Shown: piece after piece, positions 3,954 to 5,560 of the stretch
Position numbering within the stretch: position 1 is the stretch's first letter
Layout: each line of letters begins with the position of its first letter
Origin: a virus
Taxonomy: Duplodnaviria > Heunggongvirae > Uroviricota > Caudoviricetes
IMG/VR virus record: IMGVR_UViG_2734482785_000015
DNA: 5,560 bases
Strand: one strand, 5' to 3'
Translations under genes and position numbers: made by a program
The notes under the pieces: model-generated
What the model was told of the DNA's origin: nothing
The model's database searches: none
The model's input: the letters and a program-made list of their open reading frames with translations, nothing else

Positions 3954-5560
3954 AACTGGCACCGAACGTAAAACTGTTACCGAAAGATAAAGGCGAGGAT
4001 GCAGTGATTTTTGCGGGGGATGACGCATACAGCCATGCAGAGCATTACATGCAGGGCGGAGAAGCCAGAAAGCGCGGCGACAAAATACCACCTGTTTATC
4101 TCGGACGGCGTGACCTGGGTAATCTGGAAAACCTGCGTATTGTGGATGAGGGTCGGTCACGCGCCATCGTCAGACGTGCCGGAAAACTGGATGACAAACT
4201 GGCGCTACAGATTGAAACCCTGCTGGCAGTGGCTGGTGTTAAAGAAGCCTGTTTTTGTGACGAGAACGGCGATTTACTGGAGGACTGGACACCACAGCTT
4301 GCCCGACTGAAAGACGAATACGAGCGCGGGGAAAGTCTTGTGTTGCCCTTAAAGAAAAAAGCCACCACAAGCCCGGGTGATGATGAATTAAAGCCCCGCG
4401 TTGAAAGCCGCGCCGATGGTGTTTTCTGGGTAACGCCCAAAGTGGATAAGCAGTCAGGCGAAATTATCCGGCCTGAAACGTGGTTATGTTCCACGCTTGA
4501 ACTACTGGGAACGGGGACAATCGGCAAAGAGCATTACCGCGTGATGCGCTGGAAAAAGCCAGCAAATCATGAAGTCATCACAATGGCGATTCCGTGCGGT
4601 GGCATTGGCGACCGTGACGGCTGGCGGCTACTGAAAGACCACGGACTGAACGTAACAACCAACGGTAAATACAGAGCTATCCTGGCTGACTGGATGCAGT
4701 TAAGCGGAAGTCATGAGGAATGGCAGTTAAGCACAACAACGGGCTGGCATTTTGGCGCGTACATCATGCCGGACGGTTCGGTCATTGGTGAGTCTGAAAA
4801 ACAGATTCTGTTTACCGGAAAAACAGCCGCTGTTAATGGCTATTCCGTGGCAGGAACGGCGGAGGGCTGGCGCGATACCGTTGCGCGGCTGGCTGGAGGC
4901 AATCCCTTAATGATGCTGGGTGTGGCGGTATCGCTATCTGCACCATTAATCGGGCTGGTGGGGGCTGACGGCTTCGGGGTACATCTTTTCGAACAGTCCA
5001 CAGCAGGGAAAACCACCACACAGAACATCGCATCAAGTTTATGGGGAGAGCCGGACGCACAACGGCTGACCTGGTACGGTACAGCGTTAGGTATCGCCAA
5101 CGAGGCAGAGGCACACAACGACGGGCTGTTACCCCTGGATGAAATAGGCCAGGCTGGAAACGCGCGGGAGGTGTCAACGTCTGCTTATACGCTGTTTAAC
5201 GGTTCCGGGAAATTACAGGGGGCGAAGGACGGCGGCAACAGGGAGATAAAACACTGGCGAACGGTGGCAATCAGTACCGGAGAAATGGACGTTGAAACAT
5301 TCCTCAAAACGGAGGGGATAAAAGTCAAGGCGGGGCAGCTTGTCCGCCTGCTTAACGTGCCGATGGAAAAAGCCACACAATTTCACGAATACAGCACCGG
5401 AAAGGCGCACGCAGACGCGTTAAAAGATGCCTGGACAGAAAATCACGGGGCGGCGGGTCGTGAATGGGTTAAATGGCTGGCAGACCACCAGCAGGAGGCA
5501 AAGGACACGGTAAGGGCATGCCGTGAACGGTGGCGCAACCTGATACCGGAGAGCTACGGC
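3950..5560 (+). CDS. Primase/helicase-like replication protein (P-loop NTPase, P4 alpha-like / DUF927-like), 3'-truncated by the window end
   Basis: Frame 2 is open for 537 codons from ATG 3950 to the last base of the window; I translated it by hand and found no stop. Deviant Walker A STAGKTTT at 4997-5020 and Walker B LLPLDE at 5126-5143. Antisense and alternate-frame track ORFs in this span are short and compositionally odd. It is absent from the supplied track only because it lacks an in-window stop. Confidence 0.85.
   Translation, partial: MKLAPNVKLLPKDKGEDAVIFAGDDAYSHAEHYMQGGEARKRGDKIPPVYLGRRDLGNLENLRIVDEGRSRAIVRRAGKLDDKLALQIETLLAVAGVKEACFCDENGDLLEDWTPQLARLKDEYERGESLVLPLKKKATTSPGDDELKPRVESRADGVFWVTPKVDKQSGEIIRPETWLCSTLELLGTGTIGKEHYRVMRWKKPANHEVITMAIPCGGIGDRDGWRLLKDHGLNVTTNGKYRAILADWMQLSGSHEEWQLSTTTGWHFGAYIMPDGSVIGESEKQILFTGKTAAVNGYSVAGTAEGWRDTVARLAGGNPLMMLGVAVSLSAPLIGLVGADGFGVHLFEQSTAGKTTTQNIASSLWGEPDAQRLTWYGTALGIANEAEAHNDGLLPLDEIGQAGNAREVSTSAYTLFNGSGKLQGAKDGGNREIKHWRTVAISTGEMDVETFLKTEGIKVKAGQLVRLLNVPMEKATQFHEYSTGKAHADALKDAWTENHGAAGREWVKWLADHQQEAKDTVRACRERWRNLIPESYG

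Larger units (their letters stand above)
1..5560 (+). mobile_element. Partial P4-like satellite prophage / integrative island (integrase-proximal arm; both ends outside window)
   Basis: Gene content and order: P4-type integrase, AlpA-family regulator, divergent small regulator, Icd-like protein, primase/helicase-like P-loop protein. No att repeats or flanking tRNA are visible because the window starts at the integrase start codon. Confidence 0.7.

Noticed and set aside
3633-5410. Track ORFs 3633-4160 (-), 4011-4310 (+), 4096-4527 (-), 4833-5177 (-), 4840-5118 (-), 5185-5376 (-) and 5213-5410 (-)
   Set aside because: All are antisense or out-of-frame relative to the 95-aa gene and the long primase/helicase frame; their translations are Ser/Pro/Arg-rich and low-complexity.
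1-5560. CRISPR arrays, tRNA/rRNA genes, IS elements or terminal inverted repeats
   Set aside because: No regularly spaced direct repeats, no tRNA-like cloverleaf segment, and no transposase-like ORF were seen. The only notable repeats are the short operator-type repeats reported above.

Overview
This window looks like the integrase-proximal arm of an integrated P4-like satellite-phage / cryptic-prophage-type element, with enterobacterial-looking codon usage. All family assignments are from reading the translations and recalled family hallmarks; no database search was run. Gene order: a P4-family tyrosine integrase (1-1242, +); a small unknown ORF ending at a GC-rich intrinsic terminator (1604-1633); an AT-rich 44-bp palindrome (1661-1703); an AlpA-family regulator (1768-1974, +); about 530 bp with no convincing gene but a minus-strand terminator (2121-2153); a minus-strand 101-aa ribbon-helix-helix-like regulator (2509-2814); a divergent promoter/operator region with two inverted-repeat units built on TGTGATTCA (2837-2913); then a plus-strand operon of an Icd-like small protein (3008-3214), three small unknown proteins with overlapping start/stop codons, and a large P-loop primase/helicase-like replication protein (3950 to window end). 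That last gene is absent from the supplied ORF track because it has no stop inside the window. Several long track ORFs, notably 1979-3214 and those antisense to the integrase and the primase, are judged artefacts. The most interesting part is the RHH-regulator / operator / leader-hairpin switch and the transcribed but apparently non-coding region downstream of the regulator. No CRISPR array, tRNA, rRNA or IS element was seen.
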